Of a DNA stretch of 64,000 nucleotides, positions 13,477 to 26,085 are shown one piece after another. Positions within the stretch are counted from its first letter, which is position 1. The number at the start of each line of letters is the position of its first letter. The position numbers and the translations under genes were made by a program. Origin of the DNA: Tubiluchus corallicola (Eukaryota; Animalia; Priapulida); NCBI GenBank assembly GCA_030141605.1, contig JAQGDQ010000802.1, positions 1 to 64,000 of the forward strand. The letters run 5' to 3'. The notes beneath the pieces were generated by a model. It saw nothing but the letters and a program-made list of their open reading frames with translations, did no database searches and had not been told where the DNA came from.

Positions 13477-13597
13477 AATAACTTGGCAGTGACAAAAGTG
13501 GGAGCTGCTCTCAAAGTTCATTCCGATGGACCTCATCTTGTCAGTTTAGGAGGAGGCAGACTTTCGACTAACATAACTGTATTGCCGCTGCACGAAG
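13477..13597 (+). CDS. PHLDB: PHLDB-like exon 2, start of FHA-like domain (NNLAVTKVGAALKVHSDGPHLVSLGGGRLSTNITVLPLHEG)
   Basis: TTTTTTACTAG acceptor, G|GTATGA donor; PHLVSLGxGRLST motif characteristic of the PHLDB1/LL5-alpha N-terminus; phase 0->1. Confidence 0.92.
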
Positions 13598-14947
13598 GTA
13601 TGATTTTCACATTCATTGCCAATAGATGGAGCCACATTTTTTGTACGAAATTCGTGTTTAGAGTGACCGTGTCACTGTCTACAAAATTAACAAAATAACA
13701 AACTATCATCATCATCATTATTATCATTTCTTTTCACATTAATTGCCATGATTATGGCAATTAATTGCCACATTAATTGTCACATTAATTGCTACATTAA
13801 TATCATGATTTTCACATTAATTGCCAATAGATGGAGCCAAATTTTTTGTACGAAATTCGACAAGAAAGTGTTTAGAGTCACCGTGTCACTGTCTACAAAA
13901 TTAACAAATTAACAAACTATCATCATCATCATCATCATCATTATCATCATTTCTTAGAAAGGACGTGTTCTTTTCCTTTAATAAAGGATTTCTTATTAAC
14001 ATAATAACACCGCGTGGCTTTAGCGTTTTGGCAAAAATATTTTAAGGGGAAGAAAAAGGAATTTTCAGGAATCTTCCACAGAAGTCCGCACACAAAGCTA
14101 TCTTACTTACATTGCGCTTACCTGTTTGAAAGACTTGCGCAACTGGAAAAGAAAATTCTTAATAATTCGAAATATTCACGCCACCTGGTAAAATGTCACT
14201 GCATCGCCATCCCAGTGTGCACCACTGATTCACCAACATCACTGTATCACCATCCCAGTGTGCACCACTGATTCACGAACATCACTGCATCGCCATCTCA
14301 GTGTGCACCACTGATTCACCAAAAAACATGTTATTGATCTTATTGACAATATAAAGTAATTTAAACTTTTGCTTAACTTAGTGAAGAGTGAGGTAATAAC
14401 TCTAGTGTGATAATTTTTTCATACTTTACGCAATGTTATCTAAACTTGTTTCAAACGACCAACCGTTAAAATGGCAGCACCTGCGGTCATCGTGGGAGTC
14501 TAAGTTTAGTAGTTTTGTACAGCGTTACTGCTAACGCAAGCCCTGTATGCAATAACACAACTTGTGACACAAAATTTCAGGACAAATTTTTTAAACTTTA
14601 TTTATGAAGATTGTTTTTCATTCCGAAGATAAACTTTAAATTAAATGATTTAAACAAATTCTAAATTAAATTTCACACTGGTTAAAATTACTTTCAAGGT
14701 ACTACAGGGGTACTAACGAACATACATAAGTATCCAAAAATTTTTGTATACAAAGTATACGCCGAGCGACTTGGCGAGTGTCTGGTAGCTTCGCATTAAT
14801 GGCGAGCAAAATTACAGGAGTGATCCTACCCTCGTACGCTTTCCTGTTCCCTAGCGTAAGTGAATCTGTTTTGTACTTGAATGGGGGGGTTGGGGGTTGG
14901 GTGAATTCGATGCAGAAGTTGAGCTGCCAGGATTGAAGGGTTTATTA

Positions 14948-15256
14948 GCCTTTTCACTGTTTCCTTGTGCGCATGAGCAGTTGCTCTAGGTCAAAGGTTA
15001 AGTGTACCACAGCAACGCGTCTTGTGGTACAACCGTCACGTGACATGGGTAAGGCAAAGTCGTCTGATGCATCAATTCAGTAACTTCAGTTGTTTTCATA
15101 GACTTTACTTAATTATGCATTAGTCTGTGTGTAGAGTGATTTACTAGCAGGATCTTGCTTAGGAACAAGAAAAATGAACTAGGTAAGGTTCTAGTTAACT
15201 GTTAAAACTGTTACTGTTACAATAGCATAGGCTGTGAGGTGTTGTCAAGTGTACAC
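14948..15256. mobile_element. Copy of AGCCTTTTC-terminated MITE family (also 27181-27568 and 40480-41340)
   Basis: Shared blocks such as ACTAGCAGGATCTTGCTT and CAGTAACTTCAGTTG occur inverted in the other copies. Confidence 0.75.
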
Positions 15257-16256
15257 AAATGTCAAGTGTACATAAATAAACAATCTTTCTCAGAAAAAGC
15301 AGAAAACTAGATATACAGGGCTGTCCAGAAAAAAATTCCCCAAAATTCACTCAAGCCTTTCCTATGACACACGTAACCTATGACCTTTTCGCGATCAATC
15401 GCTGAAACTGTGAAAAGGTTTATCGTATGTTGTATATCTTGGCACAATAGAGAACAGTAGGGCTTCTACACGAATTCAGTCCAGGCCGGATTCATATTAT
15501 ACCCTTATATAATTAATATGAGAATTATTCAGAGGCGACGGGACGTAATAGTGGCACGGCGTGCAGAGCTCTAATGGTTTGTAAACATGCTCTTTGATCA
15601 CGAGTTCGCTGCATGATGCTGAATAATCTGTCCACTTTATAAATTACTCTGCTGAATATTACTGGCTTGGGAATGTCTGTTTAGCATTGGCTTCATTCTG
15701 GTAATGTTGGGATGAATATCTTCTCTGGGATGAGTTAATTAGGCGTGAGAGTTTAATAAATTGCAAATGTTGCTGTTCAGAGAAGACAAGGCAGAGTTTG
15801 GTAATTTCAAAATTGAAATTGTGGTCGTAACTTGCTATTAACGGCTCTCGTAAAAGGGGGTTCGTTTCAGTTCGAGTAGAGTGGTTTAGCTGAAATTGAA
15901 CGAAGCGTGGTGGTGGTTTTAACGAGCTTGAAACTAGAGCTAGTTTGGAGCAGGGTTCATGGTCGAGTGGACACGTGCGTGCAGCTGCCGTGTTGCATGC
16001 TCGCTATGGGTTGTTTCATTCGGGAGACACTGCTGCTGGTTCAGTGGTTCGTGGCTCTTTTCTCATTGCGGGATTGCGTATTTTGCACCTGGACGTGGCT
16101 GAGACACTGCTGCTGGTTCAGTGGTTCATGATAATAAGCGTGGTTCTGGTTGCGTCATGAACACTCCCGGAATAGGTCCCTCTTGTTGAATGTATCTGGC
16201 TTATGTGAAAAGACACCAAAATATTTGTAGGGTGCGACTTTAAGGTTGTGAATGTA

Positions 16257-16621
16257 CAGGCTGGTCCAAAAGAAACGTTCTTCCAACGAATTCATAGCCC
16301 TTCATCCTGGTAGAGACGCTCGTGGAAGACCCCCTCATCGTCGTGTATCTTGGTTTCTCCTCCCAAAGAGCCGTAAATTTCTCTCCAAACCAAGTACTAC
16401 TAGAATGTTTTCTGGCATTGCGGTCATTTTTGGAGATTTTTCACCCATCATTTCTCTGGGAACACCGTTACAAAACTTGCTGGGTCTTGGAGGAAGATTT
16501 ATAGCTGTTTGGAAAGAGGAGAAAGTTGCCTACACGACGATATGTGTCTCTTTTACAAATGCCTTCATCGGGATGAAAGGCTTGAGTGAATTTTGGGGAA
16601 CTTTTTTTCTAGACAGCCCTG
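16257..16621. mobile_element. Tc1/mariner-type MITE
   Basis: TA-CAGGCTGGTCCAAAA ... TTTTCTAGACAGCCCTG-TA. Confidence 0.7.
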
Positions 16622-16798
16622 TATATCTGCTTTTTCTCAAAAAGATTGTTTATTTATGTGTGTTGTATTTAAGAGTAAAATAAAACTGTCAGTAAAGTCA
16701 TAACAGAAAGAGAAACGGTATTTGATATTTGACAAGGAAGGGGTTATTGTATTAGATGTACATGTAATTTTATCCAGTTTTGTTTTCTTTCCCAACAG

Positions 16799-16981
16799 GT
16801 AAGACTGTTCTTGGTGCTGCCGATGCTGATAATCCACCCGATATACAGGTAGAGGGGACCAGAGTGCAGAAGGGTCACTGTTTCCTCACAAACGAGAGCG
16901 ATGTGATATATTTTCATCCGGTTGCAGCGTTGTGTAGCATCGATGGATTGCACGTGTGCAAACCGACCCGACTTATGCAAG
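16799..16981 (+). CDS. PHLDB: PHLDB-like exon 3, FHA-like domain (KTVLGAAD...DIQVEGTRVQKGHCFL...LCSIDGLHVCKPTRLMQG)
   Basis: CCCAACAG acceptor, G|GTGAAC donor, phase 1->1; kinesin-3/PHLDB-type FHA pattern. Confidence 0.92.
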
Positions 16982-17126
16982 GTGAACTTTATTATTGAGA
17001 AAAATGCACAAGTTTTAACACAATAAAGGTGTTAAGAATTGACTGAATGGTCACAATACGACCAAAGTTAAGTAAAGTGGGCCTCGTCAGTAAGTGGATG
17101 GGTGACTGCCATAGTTCAACAATGTA

Positions 17127-17497
17127 CACTCATATCTCGGTTTGCCACACAAAAGCGGGGAGACATCGGTCTGAATTTGCCGATTGTCCGTATTTACCGA
17201 TACTAAGCTAATACAGTAGGTGCCGTGTATTAGATTCACACTAATGTAGAATCTATTGTCTAATTGTCTCAAAACGTCTAATATGGGCCGCTCCTTATAT
17301 ACAAGCTACACACGTCGTTAGACGTTGCTTAGTTGCACCGATGTAGTGATGGAAACAAAGTGATGGCTCGCCAACTAGCGGTCAGCTCGTGAAACAACGG
17401 ACTGTGTCCGTAGTATGCGGGACTTTTAACGGTCTCGATTTAGTCCGATTCTTCCGATATCCGTAAAAGCGAGGTCCGGCAAGCCGAGATATGAGTG
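17127..17497. mobile_element. MITE with CACTCATATCTCGG TIR (related copy 45330-45830, partial 39850-40050)
   Basis: CACTCATATCTCGGTTTGCC / GGCAAGCCGAGATATGAGTG. Confidence 0.8.
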
Positions 17498-19032
17498 GAC
17501 TAAAAATGTCTTTCTTGAAAAAATGTTCAACTGATAACCAGAATAAAATGTTGTGGTTCTGTTATCAAATGTGTGCCATTTGTGTAACACAATGGACAAA
17601 AAACGTTGCACGAGAGGTAGCCCATCTTAGGATATGATCATACCTATCAGTTCAGCACAGTTTATTTTTTTGGTGCAGCAGTTCTAGTTACAGGGTTCTA
17701 ATAAGGAAGTACAAAGACTCTGTGTAGTACGTATGAACGTTTTGAACAACTCAGTTCGATACTAGTTTTGGGCGATTTCTTTTCCCGAACTGATTGTGGA
17801 TGTTTACCTACTACATCCGGTTTCTTTCCTTGACAGAAGATGTATTCGAATGTGGGTAGGAGGAGGTTTGTCGGTTTAGTGCAGTGACCACTCAAGCATC
17901 CTCTAGAGCCCTTGTGAAAGCACAGTACGCCATGTGAAAATTGTATACACGTGCAGGCTAGTTGAATGCAGTGACCATTAAAGCATTCCCTAGAGCTTTT
18001 GTGGAAGTACACTATTACACTATGCCATGTCAAAATTGTATTCACATACAAGCTAGTTGAATGCAGTGACCATTAAAGCATTCCCTAGAGCTGTTGCGAA
18101 ATTACACTAGGCCACATCATGGCTAATTTAATGCAGTGACCACTCCAGCATCCTCTAGAGCTCTTGTGAGAGCACGGTAGGCCACGTGAAAATTGCATAC
18201 ACATGCAGGTTAGTTGAACTTTGACTATACTACAACCACACATGAGTGAAATAAACACGTGTCTGGACCCTGGAGAAGGAGAAAAAGCATTTCTTGTGTA
18301 ATGCGGAATCTTTACGAGCGCGCTCCGGGATAGATCTAGTTCCGACAGCCTCACTGGAATGTTTTCACTCGTCAGAATTATGCCCTAAAGCTCCGTTCAC
18401 ACTGCGTGCTGAAACTGTTTAGTTTGAACGCGGGAACTTCAAAAGAACGGGTTCGGAAGTTCACTAGAATAATTTCGAATACATTTTGAAGTAGAAAAAA
18501 TTCATGTATGCGTTGCTGCTTTGGCGTGCTTAATCCGAAATTCATGTTGCGTTGGTATTTGATTCAAGTTGGGTTTTTTGCATTTGTTATTCGAATCAAC
18601 AAAGTTCCGGCATTGGAGGCACAGACCGTGTTTTATGTTTAGTGGAAATAAAAGAGTATTTCTCAAACCCCAGAGCAAAAATGATGTGCTAAACAAAGAA
18701 ATGTCTTCAGACCGTCTACCTCTCTCGCCACGTTTTTTGCCTGTTGTGTTACAAAAGTGGCATACGTTTGATAACTACGCCATAACTTTGTACTGTGGCT
18801 ATCAGTTGAACATTTTTTCACGAATGACGCTTTCAGTACATTGTTGAACCATTATTGAACATTGTTGAACCATGTTCAAGCATTGAACACAATTTTTAAA
18901 ATGTTTACACAAGCCATTCGTGTTTCCTTTTTCGGCTCCATGTTTAGTTTCTAAATTAGTCAGATTCAAAAATTTGTTTCAATTGGGTTTTTTTCTCACC
19001 TATTGTGTTTCTCAATGTTGTCTCATTTTCAG

Positions 19033-19158
19033 GGTCTATGGTTTGCCTAGGCAGCGGAAGTTATTTTCGTTTTAACCATCCCACGGAAGTACAGAAGCTT
19101 AAGAAAACCATGCCGAATAACACGAGAATATCCGAACCCGAAGTGCAATATTTGCCCG
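19033..19158 (+). CDS. PHLDB: PHLDB-like exon 4, end of FHA (SMVCLGSGSYFRFNHPTEVQKLKK...)
   Basis: TTTTCAG acceptor, G|GTAAAT donor; FRFNHP motif; phase 1->1. Confidence 0.93.
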
Positions 19159-20130
19159 GTAAATATTCTGGTTTAATTTTTGTTGTTGTTAAACTTCATA
19201 ATTTTGGCAGCCATTTTGTATTGAGCAATGTTCGTGATTCATAGTGGCTGGTGTAACTTTTAGAATGTAAATTTATTATAAAGATGCTGTTAATTTAGTG
19301 TAGCAACACGTGAAAGTATAACTAATATTTGAAAATGTCACCGTAGCACAAATAGTTGTTAACCTTGATCTAACTTTTCTCCCAGTTCTTTTTTTTGTTC
19401 ACTCATCCATTCTTTTTTATCGGGTTCACATGACAGTGGGCTTATACAAGCCTTTGCTTCTCTGGCCCACTGCAGTACAATTATTATTTTATGACATCGA
19501 TATTGTATGAAACATAACAATTTAATACAGTATGATGTAATAATTTTGATGTCACTGTGTGCTTAATGTCATTATATTGTACTGAACGTGATAATAATAA
19601 AACTAAAAAAAGCTAGCATGTAAAATATAGACAGATAAACAGTACCGTATAACACTAAATGCCGAGTTTAAACTTTGTTAACAATATAATTACTTGTTTA
19701 ACTAACTGTTAGCTAATAAATTAATCTTAATTTACGAATTACTACGATGAGTTCTTATATCAAAATTTCATATATGCGTATGATAATTGCCATTGGCATT
19801 TATATGTAAGAAAGTCAGAGATTTTCTAAAACTTGCTAATAGATAATAAATACTTATTGTTTGCGAGGTTTACTTCAAAGAAAATCAACAGTGGTTGATT
19901 TTTAAATGTTAGTAAAAGTTCTTTTCAGTGACATGATTTCTGCTGCTGTTAGCAGCACTGCTAGTGGTACTTGTCATTAACAGTGGTTTCATAAATTAAA
20001 GTACAAGAAAACCCTCCACTTACATAAAGCTTAAAAAATTCTTCTCCAAATTTTATACCATCTACATACTAGCTTTTTGTATGAATGCCTTGCATCGGCC
20101 CTAGCACTGTATAAAACGTGCAAATTCAAA

Positions 20131-22190
20131 TGTAATGTGTGATCCGTAATGCGTGATGCGTGGTCCGTAATGCATATACTACAGTTTGCATTTAAACATG
20201 TAGAAGTGTTTCCATGTGTATGTAATGCGTAATCCGTAATGCGTGATGCGCGGTCCATAATGCGTATACTACAGTTTGCATTTAAACATGTAGAAGTGTT
20301 TCCATGTGTACGTAATGCGTAATCCGTAATGTGTGATGCGCGGCCCGTAATGCGTATGCTACAGTTTGCATTTAAATATGTAGAAGTGTTTCCATGTGTA
20401 TGTAATATGCGTAATGCATGATGCGCGATCCATAATGCGTATACTACAGTTTGTATTTAAACATGTAGAAGTGTTTCCATGTGTACGTAATGCGTGATGC
20501 GTGGTCCGTAATGCGTATATTACAGTTTGCATTTAAACATGTTGAAGTGTTTCCATGTGTATGTACTCCGTAATGCGTGATGCGTGGTCCGTAATGCGTA
20601 TACTACAGATACTACAGTTTGCATTTAAACATGTAGAAGTGTTTCCATGTGTATGTAATGCGTAATCCGTAAAGGTGGTGCGTGGTCCGCGTTCATTTGA
20701 ACGTGATCGCTATCGTCTGTATACGCATCACGGAGCAATATGCAGAAACCACCGTTGCCTAGGTGATTATTCTCGCGTTTCCGGTGACCATTTTCGTTGT
20801 TTAGCTTTCTGAAAATTCTAGTTAGGCGAGTTTTGGTCACTTTGGGACCTACAAACAATGATATTTTTTCTGTTTGGATTTTTGAGAGCAGGAAGAAGCA
20901 GGTAGTTATGTGTTGTTCATCTGACTCCGGTTTTTTCACTAAATGGTGATACCTGCCATATTAATCTCTCCCCTGCACCCAAAATCTGTGTGGTTTCTTT
21001 TGAATTTTTGCAATAGGACAATAATAAGTTACTGCTGCATATGTGCATCATGCATTATGGATCACAGATCACGCATTGCGGATCACACATCACACATTAC
21101 GGATCACAGATCACGCATTACGGATCACACATCACGCATTACAGATCACACATCACGCATTACAGATCACACATCACACATTACGGATCACACATTGCAC
21201 ATTACGGATCACACATCACACATTACGGGTCACAGATCACGCATTACGGATCACAGATCACACATTACAGATCACAGATCACACATCACACATTATGGAT
21301 CACACATCACGCAATACTGATCACAGATCACGCATTACAGATCACACATCACACATTACGGATCACACATCGCACATTACGGATCACACATCACACATTA
21401 CGGATCACACATCACGCATTACGGATCACACATCACGCATTACGGATCACAGATCACGCATTACAGATCACACATCACACATTACGGATCACACATCGGA
21501 CATTACGGATCACACATCACGCATTACGGATCACACATCACACATTACGGATCACAGATCACGCATTACAGATCACACATCACGCATTACGGATCACAGA
21601 TCACGCATTATGGATCACACATCACGCATTACAGATCACACATCACGCATTACAGATCACACATCACACATTACGGATCACACATTGCACATTACGGATC
21701 ACACATCACACATTACGGGTCACAGATCACGCATTACGGATCACAGATCACACATTACAGATCACAGATCACACATTATGGATCACACATCACGCAATAC
21801 TGATCACAGATCACGCATTACAGATCACACATCACACATTACGGATCACACATCGCACATTACGGATCACACATCACACATTACGGATCACACATCACGC
21901 ATTACGGATCACACATCACGCATTACGGATCACAGATCACGCATTACAGATCACACATCACACATTACGGATCACACATCGGACATTACGGATCACACAT
22001 CACGCATTACGGATCACACATCACACATTACGGATCACAGATCACGCATTACGGATCACACATCACGCATTACGGATCACAGATCACGCATTACCGATCA
22101 CACATCACACATTACGGATCACACATCACACATTGCGGATCACACATCACACATTACGGATCACACATCACGCATTACGTGCACATGGAG
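20131..22190. repeat. Foldback-like structure: left 76-90-bp tandem array and inverted right 7/21-bp array
   Basis: Left CCATGTGTACGTAATGCGTGATG is the near reverse complement of right CATCACGCATTACGTGCACATGG. Confidence 0.8.
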
Positions 22191-23760
22191 TCATAGCTTA
22201 ACTATCTCAGGTAAATGCTTGCAAAGTCCTAACAGGTAACGAGTTAATCGTTTGTTGTCTTTGTTAACATGCAGCCTCATTGAGGATGGTGAAAGTCAAA
22301 CAGTTCTTTATTGAACCCGTTCACATCGTTAAGCTCTCTCGTCTAAGTCTGAACTCAAAAGGTGCGTCTTGGCGGGACTTTAGACTGAATGTTAAACGTA
22401 CAAACATCTGTGTTTTAGGAAGGTTAAGTGTGTATCGGTTTCAGTTTGTTGAACTTTGTTCAATGTGTTAGCAAGTAAGTAGAGCACATTCGGTTTTGTT
22501 TCCGAATTTCCGAAATGCAGGGCTATCGTTTTATCGTGTTATAAGAAAATGGAGCAAATTTGGTTTTGTTTCTGAATTTCCGAAATGCCGGATTTTCATA
22601 GCTTTATTGTGTTAGTATAAATGCAGCAAAATCGGTTTCGTTTCTGAATTTCCAAAATGCAGGGTTACCGCAGCTTAAAGAAAAACAGGGTGATTTTTCA
22701 TATCCTGCTGCATTTTGAAGTACGGTAAAAAGTATACATTTTAACACCTATAAAGCGTTTCTGATAATTAAATAATACGTTAAAAATTTAAATAATGGCT
22801 GACGAGCCCAACTAGTAATGATATCACAACTAAATATAATTTTCAACAGCAAAAACTTTCCACGAGCGTGTTGCACGTGTTTGCTAAAGCGAAAATTGAA
22901 GTACAGTGCTACTATACAACATTCGGTGTGACATATTCGCTGTATACAAAAACTCCACAAGTTTTAAATTTACTTATTTAAATTTCAAATTTACCGCTGT
23001 GCTCTCGCATTGAGATTCTCGAACTTCTGCACTACATCACAACTGAACACCTCTGAAAGGAGAGGTACAGCACCTATTTTTTGTGCGATGAGTTTTGAAA
23101 ATGCAGGCACTAGTGCCCACATCTAATTAACGAATGGTGAAATACATGTAACAGCGAGGAACTAGTGGCGCGCACGCAAAATTGCGCTTGTCTGGTAATA
23201 ATTGTTTTACGTAAATCGTTCTTGAAAAAGTTCCTTTTCAATATTTTATGGCTGGATTGTTTTCAGCTATAGTTTAAAGATTGGGTCCGGCTTTGCTTTA
23301 GTGTGAATTATTTTTGACTAACATTAACACTAACACGTTAGTTAGACCAGCAAACACTAGATATTGTTGGCGAGTGGCTTGTCAGCACCTTTTCCGAAGT
23401 ATGTGAAAATTCAAATTAATGTAATAATGCATGAATTGTTATTGTTTTGCTGACAAGACAACATTCTAATTTCCTGCAAACTTAGACATTAGTACATAAT
23501 ATATTTTCTTTTAGTTTCTTTGAAAAATTCTTTTCTTTGGTGACTGCAAGTCGGTAATTTCAATAGGCATTTAATTGGCAATAATATTTTTCGTAAATTA
23601 AAATCAATTTCCTTTCTTTCTGCACGCTATCTTTTCCGTGTATCGTTGTCACGCTAACAGATTATGCACAGGCAACTTGATTAATTAATTAAATTTGCAT
23701 GACTTTGTCAGACAGCAATTAGCCAATTGAAACCTCAGTTTTGAAGCGGCAACCTTGCTA

Positions 23761-23989
23761 CATGGTGTGTCTGAAAAAATGGAGTAGTGTGAAGGTGTCG
23801 TTGATCAAAATTTGTTGATCAAATCACAAAAAATGTCTCCATGGAATTCTGCATTATGACGTCATTATGATGTAAAAATGCAATTATATTTTCATAATTC
23901 TATTTTTCGTATCATATAACTTTTTGTACATTTCAATATATATGTTCAAGCATATTTGTAGTGCACGCTGTTTTTTCTGGGGCACCCTG
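23761..23989. mobile_element. Small Tc1-like MITE
   Basis: TA-CATGGTGTGTCTGAAAAAA ... TTTTTTCTGGGGCACCCTG-TA, degenerate TIRs. Confidence 0.55.
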
Positions 23990-24114
23990 TATTATTCTAA
24001 GGCACAAAGCACCCTGTATTTGCTGGACGATTTATTGATTTTTTTATCCTGGTTCCCTGGGAAAAATTTAGATGCAGGTGTAAAACTGCGTTTGATAAAA
24101 ACTTTGTGGTTATT

Positions 24115-24310
24115 ATAAGTGAGCATCAAAGGTTCGAGTTCGATTCAAACGAGTTTTTTTAATTGAATTCGACTCAAATCTGAATTTAAGGATTTGAATG
24201 AAACAAGTTTTCATTTACGTTTGTTCTTTATCATTAAAATGTTTGAAATGTCGTGCAATCAGTACAATTTTGCTTCAATCTTATGTACAGCTTTTAACGT
24301 ATGGTTATAG

Positions 24311-24353
<43 letters not shown>

Positions 24354-24883
24354 AATGCCCATCACGTCTGTTGTAGTCATTGGGCGAGCAAAATTTTAAA
24401 ATGAAAGAAATCTGCCCTCGAGACAGAAAAACACAACAGTAATCCAGCAAAATCTGGACACTGCTATGCCAGTGGTTTGTCAGCACCACTTCCATGTTCC
24501 GGTTACTGTTGTTATTGCAGAACAAAACAAAGCAATATGCCTGATCTTTGCGAGACTGCTATAAAAATTTTTCGAAATGTCTTTAAAGCTGAATCCAAAC
24601 AGAATTTCAAATCTTGAAATCTTTGAAGCTGAATCCAAACAGAATTTCAAATCTTGAAATATTTGAAGCTGATTCCAAATAGAATTTGAAATCTTGAAAT
24701 CTTTAAAACTGAATCCAAATAGAATTTCAAATCTTGAAATCTTTGAAGCTGAATCCAAATAGAATTTGAAATCTTTGAAGCTGAGTCCAAACAGAATTTG
24801 AAATCGCGAATTTTAATTGCATGCGAATTTGGAAACAAAAGATTCAGTTTGATTCGAACTCGATTTCTATATGCTGACCCCTA
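24115..24883. mobile_element. hAT-like MITE copy (TTCGAA-rich family) with internal (CAT)n and 38-bp tandem array
   Basis: Ends GTGAGCATC... / ...ATGCTGACCCCTA resemble the 46308-46636 element. Confidence 0.6.
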
Positions 24884-25457
24884 GCGGTCGTTGCACGTAA
24901 CATTTCATTTATGTTGTTTCTTAAGCAGTACTTCACTAACGCTTGAACTTCTACTTCGTCCATTCTTCCTAATCTACTATAACCTTAGCCGTTTTGGCAG
25001 TTAAATCCTGATTTCAATGTAAGTCTTCTCTTTGCATGCTTTGCTTTTTTCCCAGTCGGTTTGTTTGCATTGTACGCAAAATTTAATCTTCTTAAAATAT
25101 TTAAATTTTTTTAAAGGCTGGATTGTCACAGAGGGTGCGTGACTCCTCCGCTTTAACTGCCCGGGGGTTCAGTGTCCATTGTGCCACTAATTTTTGATTT
25201 TTGGAAACGAAATCTGGAGCAAAAATCTTGCTTTGCGTACGTGTTTGAGTCAGATTTGAAACATTTCCATTGAAGTGTTCATACCTGTGCACTTAATCAC
25301 ATTCGTTTTATTAAACCCTTCATGCGAATTCACCCCCCGTGTAAAGCGGTATTGCCTCGAGCATGAAGTTAATTCGAAGGTTTAAAAGTTTTATTGCGGC
25401 CCGTGCACTTGTTGCATTGTGGAAAAACGTTTAAGCAAAATTCGTTCCGATTTTCAG

Positions 25458-25570
25458 CCTCGGTGCAGCAGAATTACCTGAAAATGTTGGCGGAGAATAA
25501 CGTGGCCGCTGTTGGCAACGGTCCAAGTGCGGATGCGTCACGTGTCAGCATGCAGGACACAGCGGATAAG
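25458..25570 (+). CDS. PHLDB: PHLDB-like exon 5 (SVQQNYLKMLAENNVAAVGNGPSADASRVSMQDTADK)
   Basis: TTTTCAG acceptor, AAG|GTAAAA donor, GC-richer island, phase 1->0. Confidence 0.8.
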
Positions 25571-26085
25571 GTAAAAAACGTGTTGTTCATTTGACTTTAC
25601 CGTATTTTTCACACAGCAAAACTATTGTAAACACCTTATGGTCAATTATTTAAAAGAGTTGTCATCCACAGATACACATAGACTCAAGATAATTATGAAG
25701 GACTTTGTGGATATTTTAAGTTTTTTTATGTAAACAAGTTTGAGAAAAGAAAACGGGTATTACGATGTTTGGTGTGGACTCCTTTAACTCATAGAACTTT
25801 TTTAGAATAGAAATTTCTTTTGGATACATAAAAAACATACATGCTGTTTCTAAATATATATATATATTTATATGTATGTATTACTTTTATACTTAAAAGT
25901 TGTGGCTAAACTATAATATGCAGACAGATTAGATTATCTAATGACGTAAGTATGGTATTTTATACCGGATGTATTACAAAAGTATTTAGGTTGCTTAAAG
26001 AACAGTAAATTGTGGACAATAGGTCTTTTACTTGCATTATTTTAGTAACAATGACTTTACAACAGAAAAATATAAATGTCTATTA

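Noticed and set aside
16252-16683. 143-aa ORF as a transposase or gene
   Set aside because: Spans a whole MITE including both TIRs, with no recognisable DDE or HTH motif
13477-19158. Kinesin-3 (KIF1/13/16) or afadin gene, suggested by the FHA FRFNHP motif
   Set aside because: No motor or RA domain upstream, and downstream exons carry PHLDB-specific motifs
21041-22239. 386-aa and 398-aa His/Thr-rich ORFs
   Set aside because: Stop-free only because of the 7/21-bp repeat; two overlapping frames give the same kind of peptide; intronic, with no supporting splice context
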